Positions 25,880-38,883 are shown, counted from the first letter of the whole stretch. The stretch is DNA of 58,751 nucleotides, filler included, from Dimargaris cristalligena (GCA_003614675.1; 2 parts of 2 records of this genome joined end to end with filler, not necessarily neighbours in it); one strand, 5' to 3'. Numbers and translations are program-made. The notes: a model not told the origin generated them from the sequence alone.

Positions 25880-28800
25880 TTATTCGTCCATCCCCTTTGG
25901 AGCTCAGCTCCCATTCTACCCTCGTCAATACGCTCGTCAAATGTCATTGCAACCTCGTTTCTCTCGAGCCACATAATCTACTTTTGCACCTTACCCTATA
26001 ACCAATAATCATCACTATATCAATAAATTGGCGAGCTTTCTATACTGTTCGACAGGTATACTGGGCTGGCACAGGGGTCGCCGCGTAAATGCAAGCCAAT
26101 GTACCACTTCCCCAACTCTCTTAATAATGTTGAGACTATTGTATAGTGAACGATCAAAAGGGCACTTTAGGAAATACACCCATTGTTGGCGTAGATTAAT
26201 ACATAATAGTCTGGGTTCATTGATTCCTAGAGTGCTAACTGGACTGCGCACGTTATTTCTGCCGGTGATCCTGCATATCTAAAGAACCCCCTAACCTTTA
26301 ACTTAGGAATATGGCTTAAATTACTGTATATTATCTGCTCCTCAGAGCCTGCGTAGTCGCTGCTGATATCGAATTCCCTACGAGGATAAATTAAAGACTG
26401 CACGAGGCCTACGAAACCCATTTTGTATGGATGCGAAAGAAGTAGTACAAGCTACGCGAGTTAAATCCAACCCGTACATTTCTTCTTTTTTCTTTTAATA
26501 CGATTCCAGAAGCTCGAATCAAGGGGTCACTAATATCCTACGTCTTATTCACAATACGCCTTCGAGGGATATGTTCTAAATAGGGTCATCTACTGCCAGA
26601 AAAATGGCAATCGCATTCTAGACATCTAACCAGCGACTCAGGGTCGCATGGCGTAGAAGGGCGAGTGTCGCAGAATGTAGGCACCGAAACTGAGACGCCT
26701 AGTTCGAATAATCGATGATAGAGATTGTGAGTCGGCACTAGCACCCTGTTAGGGTTAGCTTTAGTGATGGACGGGGCTGCTAAATCATACTCTAAACCCG
26801 AGCCCATTGTACTTTGCCTGATACGCAGTCGAGATCGCTCACCCAATTAATTAGGCAAATTTCGCACAGCCAGTGGGGTGATATAAATACAAACATTGAA
26901 CCTGATGCAGTTCTCGAAAATATAGTAAGTTCATAATGTATGAGAAGAGAGCTGTATCTGAATGCCCCATGATGAGGCCCTTATAGATTGTTGTTTGGTC
27001 TAAGTGTAGCTTCCATACCGCGTTGTCATGTTCTACAGTAGAAGGTACCTTTAAATACCTCACTTATATTATTGTACGTAAAGCGCCCCCAAAGGTTTAC
27101 CTCTTCATTTTTGCGCCCCTCCTTAAACTGCCGTACCAAGGCGAATCTCCCTCTTTATTACCGGCATCGCCCACGCCAAAATAAACAGGTCATTTCCTGC
27201 AGCAATGAAGAATAACAAATTCGGTATTCACCCTCAACAGGGTAAAGCCAGTGATCCTTCCCTTATTCTGGGGAGGTACTGCACCACTGCCGGCCCCGAT
27301 ACCCTCCTCTCTGAGGCTAACCGGGGCCGACCAATAGTACCAGCCACCTTATAGTCCATACCTGGGTAGTGACTGTCAATTTACAGGTTAAATGGTTTGA
27401 TTTAATGGAGGGCAATTTCTTTTATATATCTTAAATACTATTTGATGAATAGATAAGGAATATGCGGCTATATAGAAACTCCTTGCAGTCAGGGAAGAAT
27501 ATGGGCCATTAATTGGTCTTTTGGTTTTAATGTTCATAATATCTTAATAATCGCACTATGGCCGTATGAATGATGTATGGAATTGGAATACAGTCCTTTG
27601 TTTGATTTGATGGAAAGCACCGAGTTGGTCTGTTGAAAGGGCTGCACTAATATGTTAAATATCGGAGTTCATTTTGAATGCTAGTCAGTGGAGTATGGCC
27701 TCAGTGGCCCCATTCTTTGGTAAGCCTCTTGAATAGGTTGCGGTTGATTGCATTGGTAACCACGTGAATACTCATAATGTTTTATTTTGTTTCCAATCAA
27801 ACTGCTTTCATTGACATTTTCCCGGCTGATTTTAGTATAACCTTTTCATGTATACAGACTGATGACAACCACCAAATGTGTCATAAATAGCACATGTCCC
27901 GACTTATATAGTTGGCGTATTTTGATAATCTACCATTGCAGTATATTCCAGGCCTATGCATCAGACCCCCAGAGGACTAACACCATCCACGAGTGGACAA
28001 TGAAACTGATTATTATCCTACGCAGTATATTAGATTATTACTAGTTTGTACAGTTCGGTTCTAATAAGGCTAGAAAGTTAAGAAAATGAATGCTGCCTAG
28101 CGAGATATGGCCCCCGCCATTTTATTAGCCCAAGCTCATATGGATATATCCCGGTCTTAGGGTTTTCCTTTAAGCGAAAATGAGCCCTCCAAAGATTGGA
28201 CCAAGTTACTTATTCGCCAACTTTAGCCCTGAACTGCCGTGTCGCTCTTCCCACACATCGGCTAAGGGAACCAACTCATCCATTAGCTGCATTGTGTCCA
28301 TGGCGTTTAAATGACCAAAACTCATCTAATCAACACTATCATGTCGAGCCTTGGCTTCCCCTCGGGGGACTACTATATTTCTAAGCTGTAGCACTAAGCT
28401 TGCTTGGTCTTCCCAGGCGCAGTGTCTTCGATGGAGCTTTCGGTTAATTGCGATATCAATACGAATATAATGTAGGTTCGGTGTTAATTCGTCGGCCCCA
28501 CAATCATGCTGGCCATGACTTGGTACTACATATTTTCGATGGAGTTTCAAACAGCCAGACCCAGATTGATTAGAATTCCGTTAAGGCTTGTCCAGAAAAA
28601 GTACGGCACATTTCCAGGCGACATTTCACAGTGAGGTCTATCATATCCAAAACACGATTTCATCTTTATATTTGATGTAGTAAGTGAGGAATGGGTCAGG
28701 ATAAACTTCTTAGCTGGGTGGGAACTGTAACTGTTAGTCACCTCGTCACTACGCCATAGGACTGCGTGCTCACCCTACCAATGCACAGTTATCAGCAATT

Positions 28801-29227
28801 CCATACCCATGGATTATTTACTAAACAAAATTGCACGGGATTCTAGCCGCGAAATCCAATGACATATCGCAAAAGTCCAATATAACCAAAACAGATGTTG
28901 GTCCGCATGCCTATGCTTGGCTTTTTAACGACTTTTGTAAGGACAGCCTCTCTTCCGAATACCTAACCACATACGTGGATTATATTACAATATCTCGCCA
29001 GTACCACACAATCTTCTGCTAAAATACCTGTATATTTGAAAAACCGACGAGACCAAGACGGTGATGTTAATTTGATTTAAATACAGGAAATCCGCCCCCC
29101 TATCAAACTTCTACAGCATCCACTCATCGTTTTTATACCAACGCCCCTATCCCCAAAACACATTTATACTTTCAGCCTTTGACCCACGACACTCACTAGC
29201 CAGCATTTACCTTCTCAACTTCCCACC

Positions 29228-29309
29228 ATGTCTGACTATACTAGGTATTCCTTTTATAGTGGATCCAATGGCAACGGTCTGCAGGATAACCAGAGCGGGC
29301 AATCCGGAG
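29228..29309 (+). CDS. Possible first exon of a gene cut off by the contig end (MSDYTRYSFYSGSNGNGLQDNQSGQSG...)
   Basis: CACCATG start after a pyrimidine-rich leader, open frame to a G|GTAAGT donor at 29310, GCTAAC branch-like site at 29339; the sequence then enters Ns. Confidence 0.45.
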
Positions 29310-29377
29310 GTAAGTAATCGGTCAGCCTTCCCACTGAAGCTAACGAATCCTTAACTATCGAAAATGACTAAGTATTT

Positions 29378-29477
29378 NNNNNNNNNNNNNNNNNNNNNNN
29401 NNNNNNNNNNNNNNNNNNNNNTTAATTAATTAANNNNNNNNNNNNNNNNNNNNNNNNNNNNNNNNNNNNNNNNNNNN
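29378..29477. other. Artificial contig-joining linker (44 N + TTAATTAATTAA + 44 N)
   Basis: Symmetric N runs flank a 12-mer that puts stops in all six frames; total length is exactly 100 bp. Confidence 0.95.
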
Positions 29478-31268
29478 TTGGGCCGCTTCGAGTCGGCTCA
29501 GGGAGAGGTAGGTGTCAATGAGGCCCTGGTAGGTGGCTAAGGTGGCTTCGATAAGATGCGCTTGGCGGTAAACTGTGACGGCCGCTTCGGAGCGATCTAA
29601 GCCGCGGAGAATAGTTCCCTTGACTAGCAGGGCGTGGTGGTAATTGGGTCGAAGGGACAGGGCCTTCTCGACGAAGGTTAGGCTCCGGTCGTACTGGCAC
29701 TGGGCCTCGCAGAAATGCGCCATGATCACCCATAGTTCAGGGCAGTCTCCCTGTACAGCATTTTTTACAGCCTCCGACAACCTATCCAACAGGGTATGCA
29801 GAAATATGAGCATTCACGAGCCAGGGGTGGGGGGTTAGTTAGGCGATCCGGTAGTATTGTAATACGCGGTCAATGGGCCGGTTGGTATAAAGAAAGGGCT
29901 TGCGGTTTGAGTGGGCGAGAACCATCGGTTATATTGTCACTTACTTGCTAATGAGGATGGAATTACCCTCCAATTTCATTAGTTGAGCGTAGAGGTCCAT
30001 ACCACAGACCCATAGGGGATGAGACTGGTGCAGCTGCGACAAAATGTAGAACGCCGGCATTGGTTCATTATTGGCCACTGAAAGTTCCGCCGTCCGCACC
30101 AGGAGACCGGGATTACCAGCGAATAAGGACGATTCGAGTTGCCGGCTTTGTTGGAGAGCCACGGGAATGGAGAGCGCTAGGTATACATTATAAAACCCCA
30201 AGGTGGACGTAAAAAAGATTGGCAGGTAAGTATAGTAAGGACCGGTGAGCCCCCCCGTAGAGTGATGCCCTATGGTGGAAGCCCGAAGCCAGTGGCGCCA
30301 CTACCCAAAGGCATGACTTAGGAACAATCCAAGGTAGCCAAACGAACTCCTTACTTACCTGACCGAGAGTGGTCAAGGGCCGAATACATGACCTGCACCC
30401 ACATTGTCACCCATTCAGGGACCGCCAAGGCCTCTAAAAGCAGCCGAACTTCGCTCCACGGGCTACCCAGCCGAGCCAAGGCACAATACTCACGCAAGGC
30501 ATAAGGATTATGTTTAACAATGGCCGTCCTGGCCCGAATTGCTACTGCGGTATTCCGCAATTGTTCGCTGGCCTTGGCCAGTAAGTGAAGTAAACCCAGC
30601 GACCGTTGGGTTTCGGGCAGCTTACTGAGATGCGACAGTACTTGTTTGGGCCGCCCTAACCGGTCGTAAACGACGCAAAGTTGGGTATGAAGCGAATAGA
30701 TTAGGGTCGAAGCAGCCGAAGTGCTTGCGCCGACATTGGTAGTGGTGGTGGTGCCTTCACCGGGGATCGGTTTAGTTGGGGGCAGGTGGCTGGCATCGTC
30801 CGGGTGCGATTCAGCGATGCTAAGGGCGGTTTCATACTGACTAGCGGCGGCTTTGTATTCGTGCCGTTGGGCCAATACATCGCCGAGGAGTTTATGCGTA
30901 CGGGCGATCCAAAGCGGCTGTTCACGAGTACCCCACCGCCGCGCTAAATGCTGGTCATGATGGGATATGATTAAATGACACTGGCGGGCAAATCAAACGC
31001 AAGGTGTTTGGCAAAGGACGTGAAATAATTAAGTCACTATAAACGCCTGGTTGGCCTATGGCTATTGCCGGGTATAACAGCAGCAGCACTAACAATAGTC
31101 CAACCCAGGGAGGTCTTAGGTTTAATGAGTTGCCGATGTTTGGTAGTTGGCTGATACACTTACTAGTTCGAGTGACGAGCTGTAGAATTGGTTGGCGTAG
31201 AGTTGGATTGCCCTTTCCAGTACCGTTTCGGAGCTGAAATATATGGGGTCGAGATGAGTGGCGAGCAT
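29478..31268 (-). CDS. APC7: Anaphase-promoting complex subunit 7-like TPR protein, 3' truncated by the gap
   Basis: Exons 31268-31164, 30950-30359, 30176-29945, 29781-gap, phase-consistent. Collinear segments recognisable against animal ANAPC7: HEYKAAASQYETAL, LSKLPETQRS..LLA, PYALR, GMDLYAQL..EG, PELWV, ALLVKGTILR, YQGLIDTYL. Confidence 0.85.
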
Positions 31269-32172
31269 ACGGGTCAAGGAGGAGCAGATGTTCAACGGAG
31301 TGAATGCGGAATTAAGGTACCTGAAGTAACAGTGGGGTTGGGTGGAGGGAGGGAATGGAGGGCCGACTGACATGCCCTTTACATTATGCCATTCCTCTTA
31401 ACTCATGGCCAATTCCTACCGAAGAGATTTTGTTGCTTAGTTAGGCTCTCCCACCAACAAACTGGTTTTCAATCCAGTCTAAACTAATAATCCCACTTAA
31501 AGTATATGTAAACATATGGGAGGGTTGACAACCTCACTTCATATGGTGCGAGTAGTCTCCCTCAAAAGGCCAGAATATATTTAGGTCACGTGTTCCCACC
31601 TATTCTACCAGGGGCTTGAAATTCCGTCACCCTGCGTATTGATGTTTGGTGCAGGAATTTAGTTTATCGTAGCCGGTTTACTTATTTGGATCCTTCCACA
31701 TTTTTGATGAAATACCCTATTTCTTCGTATTTCCACCTACGTTTTAATAACTGTAAATCCCAAAATCTTCCATATTATCTGAAATCCTCTATTTCTTAGT
31801 CTATAAATCATATTTTAGTCGCAATAAAATAACTAAGTCAGCTAGTTATTCAACTGTTGTTCACAGGAACTAGAAATGTATTAACATCTCATTTAATCAT
31901 TAAACTTATGTTCGAGCAGTTTCCTGTTTCCGTTTACCATTAATAATTAGTATTCGTCACCGGACATGTCAGAAATAATTATATAGAGTAATTTTGTCCG
32001 AATGGCGAGTATAGTCAGCATCTCTAAGTTCCGAAGGGCAACCCTAGCTTCGATTTCCTGTATATATAAATTTATAGTTCCGTCGAACTAAGGAACATCA
32101 AGCTACCAGCCGTGGATCAAGTCCGAATAGCCCCTGATATCCTCAAAACCCCACCGCTCATAATTATAGTGA

Positions 32173-32259
32173 TATCAGTCGCAGGTGAAACCCGAATAAC
32201 CACTTATGTAATTGTATTTGGTTGTCCGTTATTTGCCGAAATTATCAGTCGCAGGTGAA
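32173..32259 (+). repeat. 17-bp direct repeat TATCAGTCGCAGGTGAA, two copies 70 bp apart
   Basis: Exact copies at 32173-32189 and 32243-32259; downstream bases stay weakly similar. Confidence 0.85.
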
Positions 32260-32557
32260 GTCCAAGTAAACAGTGATATGTGCAAAATCCGTCGTTCATT
32301 GCTATACATCCTAAGCCATTGCTTAGTAAATTGTATTTTCGAATAAATGTCTATTGGTAGTTTGATTTATTTTATTCCGTTTTTATCGTTATCATCTGAC
32401 CCACCTGCCAAAATGCCGTCCAGCCGGTGTACCATTGTTGACCTGGCAGCAAGGGCCGACACACCACTGAGAGACCCGGCTTTAAGCCACCATGGTGTAA
32501 TCCCCAGCCCAATCAGTCCACCGGGGCTGGAACTACCGAATCAGGAGGTACCACTAG

Positions 32558-33919
32558 TTCAAGCAGGAAACACGTGTCATTTCTGTAGCACTGTAATTTC
32601 CAGCACCGCTGAAGGGATGTTATGCCATGGACCCCGTAATCGATGCTGTGCCTATCCATATAGGACCGCATAGGTTTACCTAGTCTAGCACTAGCACCAA
32701 CTTAAATTGCACCTGAGACATTTCCGTTCGGTAGGAAAATGGTTCTAAGCTTACAAGCAAAGCCCATATACGAGGCATTGGCGTGTTTGGTTGGGGTATT
32801 TGTGGAATTGGAAAACGACTAAAGGGAGCATTGCCCAGTGAAAAACTAACATACAATTGAGACATTTGAGAGAGCTCAAGGATACGTGAAGGAAGCAGAT
32901 TCTACAGAGCCAAGGGCGCGGGCTGTAGTGGTCTAATTCCATGGTTTGGGCGTGGGGAGGGTGAGGGGCGAGATCGAGCTGGAATATCGATACCGGCATA
33001 CGAACACGAGAAGATAACATTGCAGAGCAATTATCTAAACTCGATTAACGAGCTCCCAACAGTCAACTGGATAAAGACAATTTTCCAATGCCAAGCCGAT
33101 CAATAATTGATTTAAATAAATGAATTCCATCTAGCCGCGTCCTTTGTTATCGGCCAATACCATCGAACCGGTACACTAGTACTGTTGCAATGCCAGGCTT
33201 GGTTGACCTAGTAATATTCTGTAATTGAGTTTTGGTGGAGGGAGGTAAGTATGAACAAATTCCAAACCATAGTAGCCTTATTTCTCCACCACATACCCAG
33301 ATTGTTATTTGTTCGTACTTACCTCCCTCCACCAAAACTCATTTACAGAATATTACTAGGCCAACTAAGCCAGTCATTGCAACAGTACTAATTTATAGAC
33401 TTGAGGATATTAACGGATATGAAAAGACGCAGCTAAATGAATTTCATTTATTTAAAGCCATTGTCGATCGGCTTGGTGTCTACAAATTGGCTTTATCCAG
33501 GTGATTGCTAAGAGCTCGTTAATCTGGCGGGGATACTAGCTCTGCAATGAGCCACTCTCGTGTTTGTATACCTGTATCGGTATTCCTGCTCGTTTCCGCC
33601 CTTCACCTTCCCCCCGCCCAAACTGTAGTGCCAGACCAATACAGCTCGCGCCTTTAATTTTGCAGAATCTGGTTTATTCATGTACACTTGAACTCTCTCC
33701 AAGGTTTCAACTGTAAGCCGGGTATTTACTAGCCCATATTCCTCTCCGCCATTATTCATTTCTAGTTCCATAAATACTCCAACTAAACACGACAATATCT
33801 CGTATTTATGTTTTTATATGGACAATCCTGACAGCGACTACTGAGTCCATGGTAGAATGTCCCTTCAGTAGTGCGAGGAAATCCAGTGCCGCAGGAATGG
33901 CCCGCGTTTCCTGCTTGAA
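32558..33919. repeat. Long imperfect inverted repeat (arms 32558-33260 and 33307-33919, 46-nt spacer)
   Basis: Anchors: TTCAAGCAGGAAAC/GTTTCCTGCTTGAA at the outer ends, CATTGCAGAGC/GCTCTGCAATG, GATTAACGAGCTC/GAGCTCGTTAATC, and an inner 84 bp matching at 78 positions. The left arm carries about 90 extra bases near 32663-32760. Confidence 0.93.
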
Positions 33920-36360
33920 ATATCGACACACACTGCTTTCATCATCCAAATAATAACATGATGTATTAACCGAAAACTGACGGTACTATTTCCCTTTGGC
34001 CTTTCCCTCTTGATGTAGTTTAACTAGAATATGCTTCCTATGACTATATTACTCTAATCCTCTCCCTGGAGATATTGCTGCTCTCGGGATATATTCCGTC
34101 TAAGTTTTTTAACAGTCTGGTCTTATAGTATACGGTCAGCCCCGTAATACACACATTTACATTACTCCCCTTAGGCTAAAATAGCGACCAGTCATCACCA
34201 CCCCTCTACCTGTGATGCCCATTAATTATTTTAAAAGGCCATAATATGATGGCAGTTTGGATGTGCCATGTCAGTATAGTGGAGGTTTGATAGTGTTGGG
34301 TGGGTCCCAGTATCCTATCTTTAGGGAAAATGAGATGCACTAATTTAGCCCCCCCCCCTATACCATAAGTACACCCTACAAATTGCTTGACATGCCATAT
34401 AACTAGGAGTAATTGGCTACAGAAAACTCACACTTTATATGGAATATGAAGTGGCCAGACTTATCAAACGACATCGGTTGGGGATAGTATGGGCCATATA
34501 TCTGTATAGAAGACCCGCTGAGCCGTATTTGAACTATCAAGAGAGTCACAAAGGGTATATGGGTTTGGGAGGGACGGCGCTGGATATCTGTCCAGCAGTA
34601 ACGGAGAAAATGGACAATGTATTCCTCTCGACTACCCTGAGTAACCTCTATCCTGGCAGGTGGAATAGGTAGGGAGGATCTAAACGAAAGAGCAAGGTCT
34701 AGTTTCACCAAAAGATAATGTATGAATTCTTTGTTTAACATTCCCATTGATTCGAGAAAAAAATAACTGGCTAAGCAGGTTCATGTGTTTCTGTTGAGGG
34801 CATTGTGAATGGCCAGGGAGATTCAGGCGATGCACTCTAGTTGAGAATGACGCTTATTGAAGAGGAATGGGCGTATCTGAATAGCGCCTGATAGTGACGT
34901 CCACAAGTGGGATTTTTTCCCTATGCCGTTTCTATTACCAGTCTTGTTTGTGGCCGATATCATGCAACTATTCTAGGGTGTCGACTACTTCACTGCCAAT
35001 GCACCAGCTAATTACATTCAAGACCTGTGTAGAGATGATACAATCCTCCTGGGTTTTCGCAGAAATCTACGTGACTCACGAGAAAATGGGATTAACTGGG
35101 AGTACCCCGGTCAGCTTTTAACCAGTGCCAGTGCAGGCCTCGCCGCTATCGGCCAATTCGCCAAGCTAATGGGACTATGGAACATGAACAAAACGAACCA
35201 TCGAATTGTCCTGGGCATGTATATTTATGTAGGCCTACTGCTGTTGGAATAGGATAATTCCAGCTCCAATCAAGATACCGAATTGATCTGTAGTATTTAG
35301 TATGACTGCGGCTATGAAGGTGTGGTGAGATTAAAAAACGCACAGAAAAACTGAGCGAAGCATATTGTGGATACGGGTATGGGTCAATATAACCTCGGAG
35401 TATGATGGCCGACGGGTTCGGGTATCCGCGCCGGGATTCTAATGAAACCCCTAAACTAGCCATTCGAGGCCGCCGCTCAGCTGTTATACAAGTCCTTGAG
35501 GCAATCGACCCTAACGTGGAGGACTCCCTTCGGTTGAAGAATACTATTCTTTTAGATCTGTTTTAGTCGACTAAGATTCGGGGAGTACTTCCACTGCCAC
35601 GACCCGTCTCTAATTGGGTTTGATCGTACTGAGCTTTGCTTATGATTGAGACTCGCTCTCGTTTTTCGTACTTAGTCTATCTCACAACAATTTATCTAAC
35701 CCTATTTAGTTCATATAGGTAATGGTGGAAACCACTGTTGCTTCGATTTTTTTAATAATAAAAATCATGATTACCTGCTTTATTTAGCTCCCTCCCCACC
35801 TATTTCGGAAACACTCGCCTCTTTTATAGGCGAATCACTTGTATTACTTGATGAAGGGTGAGGAATAGCTGGTGGTCACGTGTCTATTTCCAATCAATGG
35901 CCTTGGGTGCCTTTTTTTTTCAAGCGGGGGGTTACGATTATTATACTAGTTACAGTGGGAAGGGGGGAGAGACCCTATAGCCCTCCTTCCTATACTCTAC
36001 ACCACCACGACTATATCACTATTAAGGGAGGGAGGTCTATACTATTATCCTTATACCCCCGCCCAACCATGAAGGAAAAAAAAGAAAGAGGCAAAAAGAA
36101 CAAAAAGTAGCTAATAAAATCGGGGCGAATTTTTTCATGGCCCTAAAGTCACTGTAGTCGTTTTGCTTGGTCCAGGCCTAGTTTAGTTTGTCGATTTCGT
36201 CCCCCATTGCTTGTTGACTTTTACCAGCACAACAGTTCCATTACACCCGAGGTCGCTAGCTATCCACTTTCCCGCTACAGTTTCCCCCCGTCGCTCATTT
36301 CCTTCCCGCGGCCTTTATTCACACCCACTTACCGTTCGTCTCCTTCTTAGCAGCGTCCCG

Positions 36361-38837
36361 ATGGTGCAGCGTAAAAAGTCAGTCAAGACGCCAGTGACGG
36401 CCCCTCGTAAGGCCAATGTATCCGCCAAGGCCGTGACCAATCTCTACCGCAATGAAGCGAACCTGTCCCGATCGGCCTTGGACCCTACGCTCAGCCGCTT
36501 TGCCCTGCTGACCGAAATTAGCCGTCACCAGCAGCTTACCGTCACCGATACCGAATCCGATAAAATTGTATCGGACTATTCCGACCCCACAACTAAATTC
36601 ACCTCCCTGTCTTGGGGCACAGCCGTCCTGACCAAAAATAAGGTAATTGTCGAGTAAATAAAGGGGCGGAGGAGGGGATATCCCGCCCGCGATTGATACT
36701 TAGATCATTCACGCTCTCTACCCCGCATATACTCACTAGGGCATCTCCTGCGTGGCTATATGCGATGATCGTGGGGCCTTTGCTCGCTTAGTTCCCGACT
36801 ATATATAGCTTGTTCCGCGTTACTCACTGTGCTCCTCCGTCTTGTTTTCCTCCATTGCGCATATCAACGCCATTTCAATAGAAAGGCACGCCGAGCCCCA
36901 TCCCCCAAACAGTAGTGGCCCTCGGTACTTCCGACGGACGGGTTATCATTTATTCGCCTACGCAAAACGCTGTCGTACAGGAGCTCCGGGGATCCCACAC
37001 TAAGGCCGTCCGCGGCTTTGTGCTCAGCTCCTGCGGTTCCCACGGCTATTCCTGTGGCGATGACGGTCTGGTGGTGTCTTGGAACATGGCCAAGGGGGCT
37101 GCCATGAAATCGCACTCCAGTCCCTTCCCTTCGCTAGCCTGCATTGCCCTGAGTGCCAACGGCCGCTACCTGGCCGTGGCCCAAACCGGCATTGCCATCT
37201 ACCGTGTCGAGGGCCTCGTGCCCCTCCGGCAGATCTCCGGTCACAACGAACGGGTGAATCAAATGCAGTTCGGGCCTTCGTCCGATGAACTGTACAGCTC
37301 CTCGCATAGGGATCGGTATATCAACGTCTGGAAGGTCGAGCAGTCCGACGATCAGGGTCAGGTGACCCGCTCGCTGACCGCCCCGAGCGACATCGCCGGG
37401 TTCTCCGTGTCGGCCGACGGCTGGGTGTTGGCCCACCTGAGCGGCGGTATGGCAGCCGTTTGGCGGGCTGAGACGGCCGAGGCCAAGTCCCAAATGGTCC
37501 GGCAGCCCGATTCCATCGTCACCGTCCGGTTGGTTGACGACGAGAACGTCATCCAACCCATCATAGACGCCCAATTTGACTCATCCCACACCCCCAGTCA
37601 CCCCACGCTCAAGGTGGTGCGCGGCAGTCGTATGAAGCTGTCCTTCGACGTGGTTTCGATTTACGAACCCCGGACCCTGGCCCTTCTGCCTGAAGTGACG
37701 CTGCTCCGGAAACACCTCGACCAGACCCGTGGAATCAACCCCGAGAAACCAACCCTGAAGGTCCAGCAGACCGCCCAGGAAGCCGAGCAGACCCTCACCG
37801 GGGGCAGTAGTCTCGCTGGGGTCGGCAGCGGAGCTTCCGCTGCCACCACCTCCGTTGACCCCAACGCGGACACCCGGACCATCGAGGAGCGTCTCCGTGA
37901 TCTCAATACCCAACAGGGCCGGCGTGATTCCACTGCGGCCCCGGCCGCCCCTCGGGCCAGGTCCGGTTTGGCCGACCCTAACTCCGATGCTCTGCAAAAC
38001 GGCTACCTGGGCAACAATTCCCAGAGTCTCAGCCAACTGCTTATCCAGGGTCTCAAAACCCACGACGAGACCATTCTTACCCGGGTCATTAGCCGATCCG
38101 TTCCGGCCGTGGTTCGGGAAACCGTGATCCTTCTCCCCCCGCAATACGTGGTTCCCTTCCTGAATGAACTGGTTCACCGTTTCCAGGGGGATTCGCGCCA
38201 TACTGCGGGTTACTTAGTCTGGATCCAGGCTGTACTGAGCTACCACACTGCCTACTTGATTTCCCTCCCCGATTTGGTGGTTCATCTCCAGGCCCTGTAC
38301 GAAACCCTCGACTCCCGGGCGGCCATCTCCCCGGCCCTGAACGGCCTACAGGGTCGCCTCAGCCTGGTGACCGATCAGATCCATATGCAACGTAGCCTAC
38401 GCGAAGCTGCTGCTGCTGGTGGTGGTGGTGGCAATACTTTGAGTGGTAGCTCACGGCAAGCTCTGGCGGATACCCCCACTCGCCGTGGTGAAGCTTCCCG
38501 AGTCATGGCGGAGAGCGACATTAAGTTGCAATCCCGGATGGATGGTGCCCCTCTCCTGGACGGTGAATATGATATTGAAGGGCCATACCCCTACCTGGAC
38601 TCGGATGACTCGGACGTGGCCATCGATAACCTAGATGATCTGCAAAGCGACTATAGTGATGACGACGACATTTTTGACGAGAACGACGAGGGCGATGAAT
38701 TGAATTCAGAAGCCGAGGCCGAAGAAGACGAGGACGAAGCGTGGCAAAAGACCTCTGCTTCGGACAACGAAACCAGCGAAAAGGTCTTGGCCGTCCATGG
38801 CCATACTGACGACTCAATGGATGAGGATGACATGTAG
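36361..38837 (+). CDS. UTP5: U3 snoRNP/SSU processome WD40 protein UTP5/WDR43, 2 exons
   Basis: Exons 36361-36642 and 36882-38837, phase 0. WD40 repeats (VALGTSDGRV, GHNERVN, DRYINVW), Utp12-type domain (SLSQLLIQGLKTHD..L..WIQAVL.YH..YL..L.GRL), acidic tail. Confidence 0.9.
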
Positions 38838-38883
38838 AGTGGAGAGGCTTGGCTTGGTTATTATTATTTCGCCCACCCTTTAC

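Noticed and set aside
25559-25976. Alternative frames over the HG repeat (VSMA, TAMDT, RVHG)
   Set aside because: Shadows of the 6-bp period; they lack a signal peptide and Kex2 site.
29943-29948. Second GC-AG donor in APC7
   Set aside because: A canonical GTAAGT donor at 29944-29939 gives the correct phase.
33147-33504. Twin ORFs both starting VEGGKYEQI on opposite strands
   Set aside because: A by-product of the inverted repeat, with GTG starts and stops at different positions.
32558-33919. The inverted repeat as a MITE or an assembly fold-back artefact
   Set aside because: No TSD found and the termini are not the best-conserved part. The arms differ by many substitutions and a ~90-bp indel, which a chimeric-read artefact would not produce.
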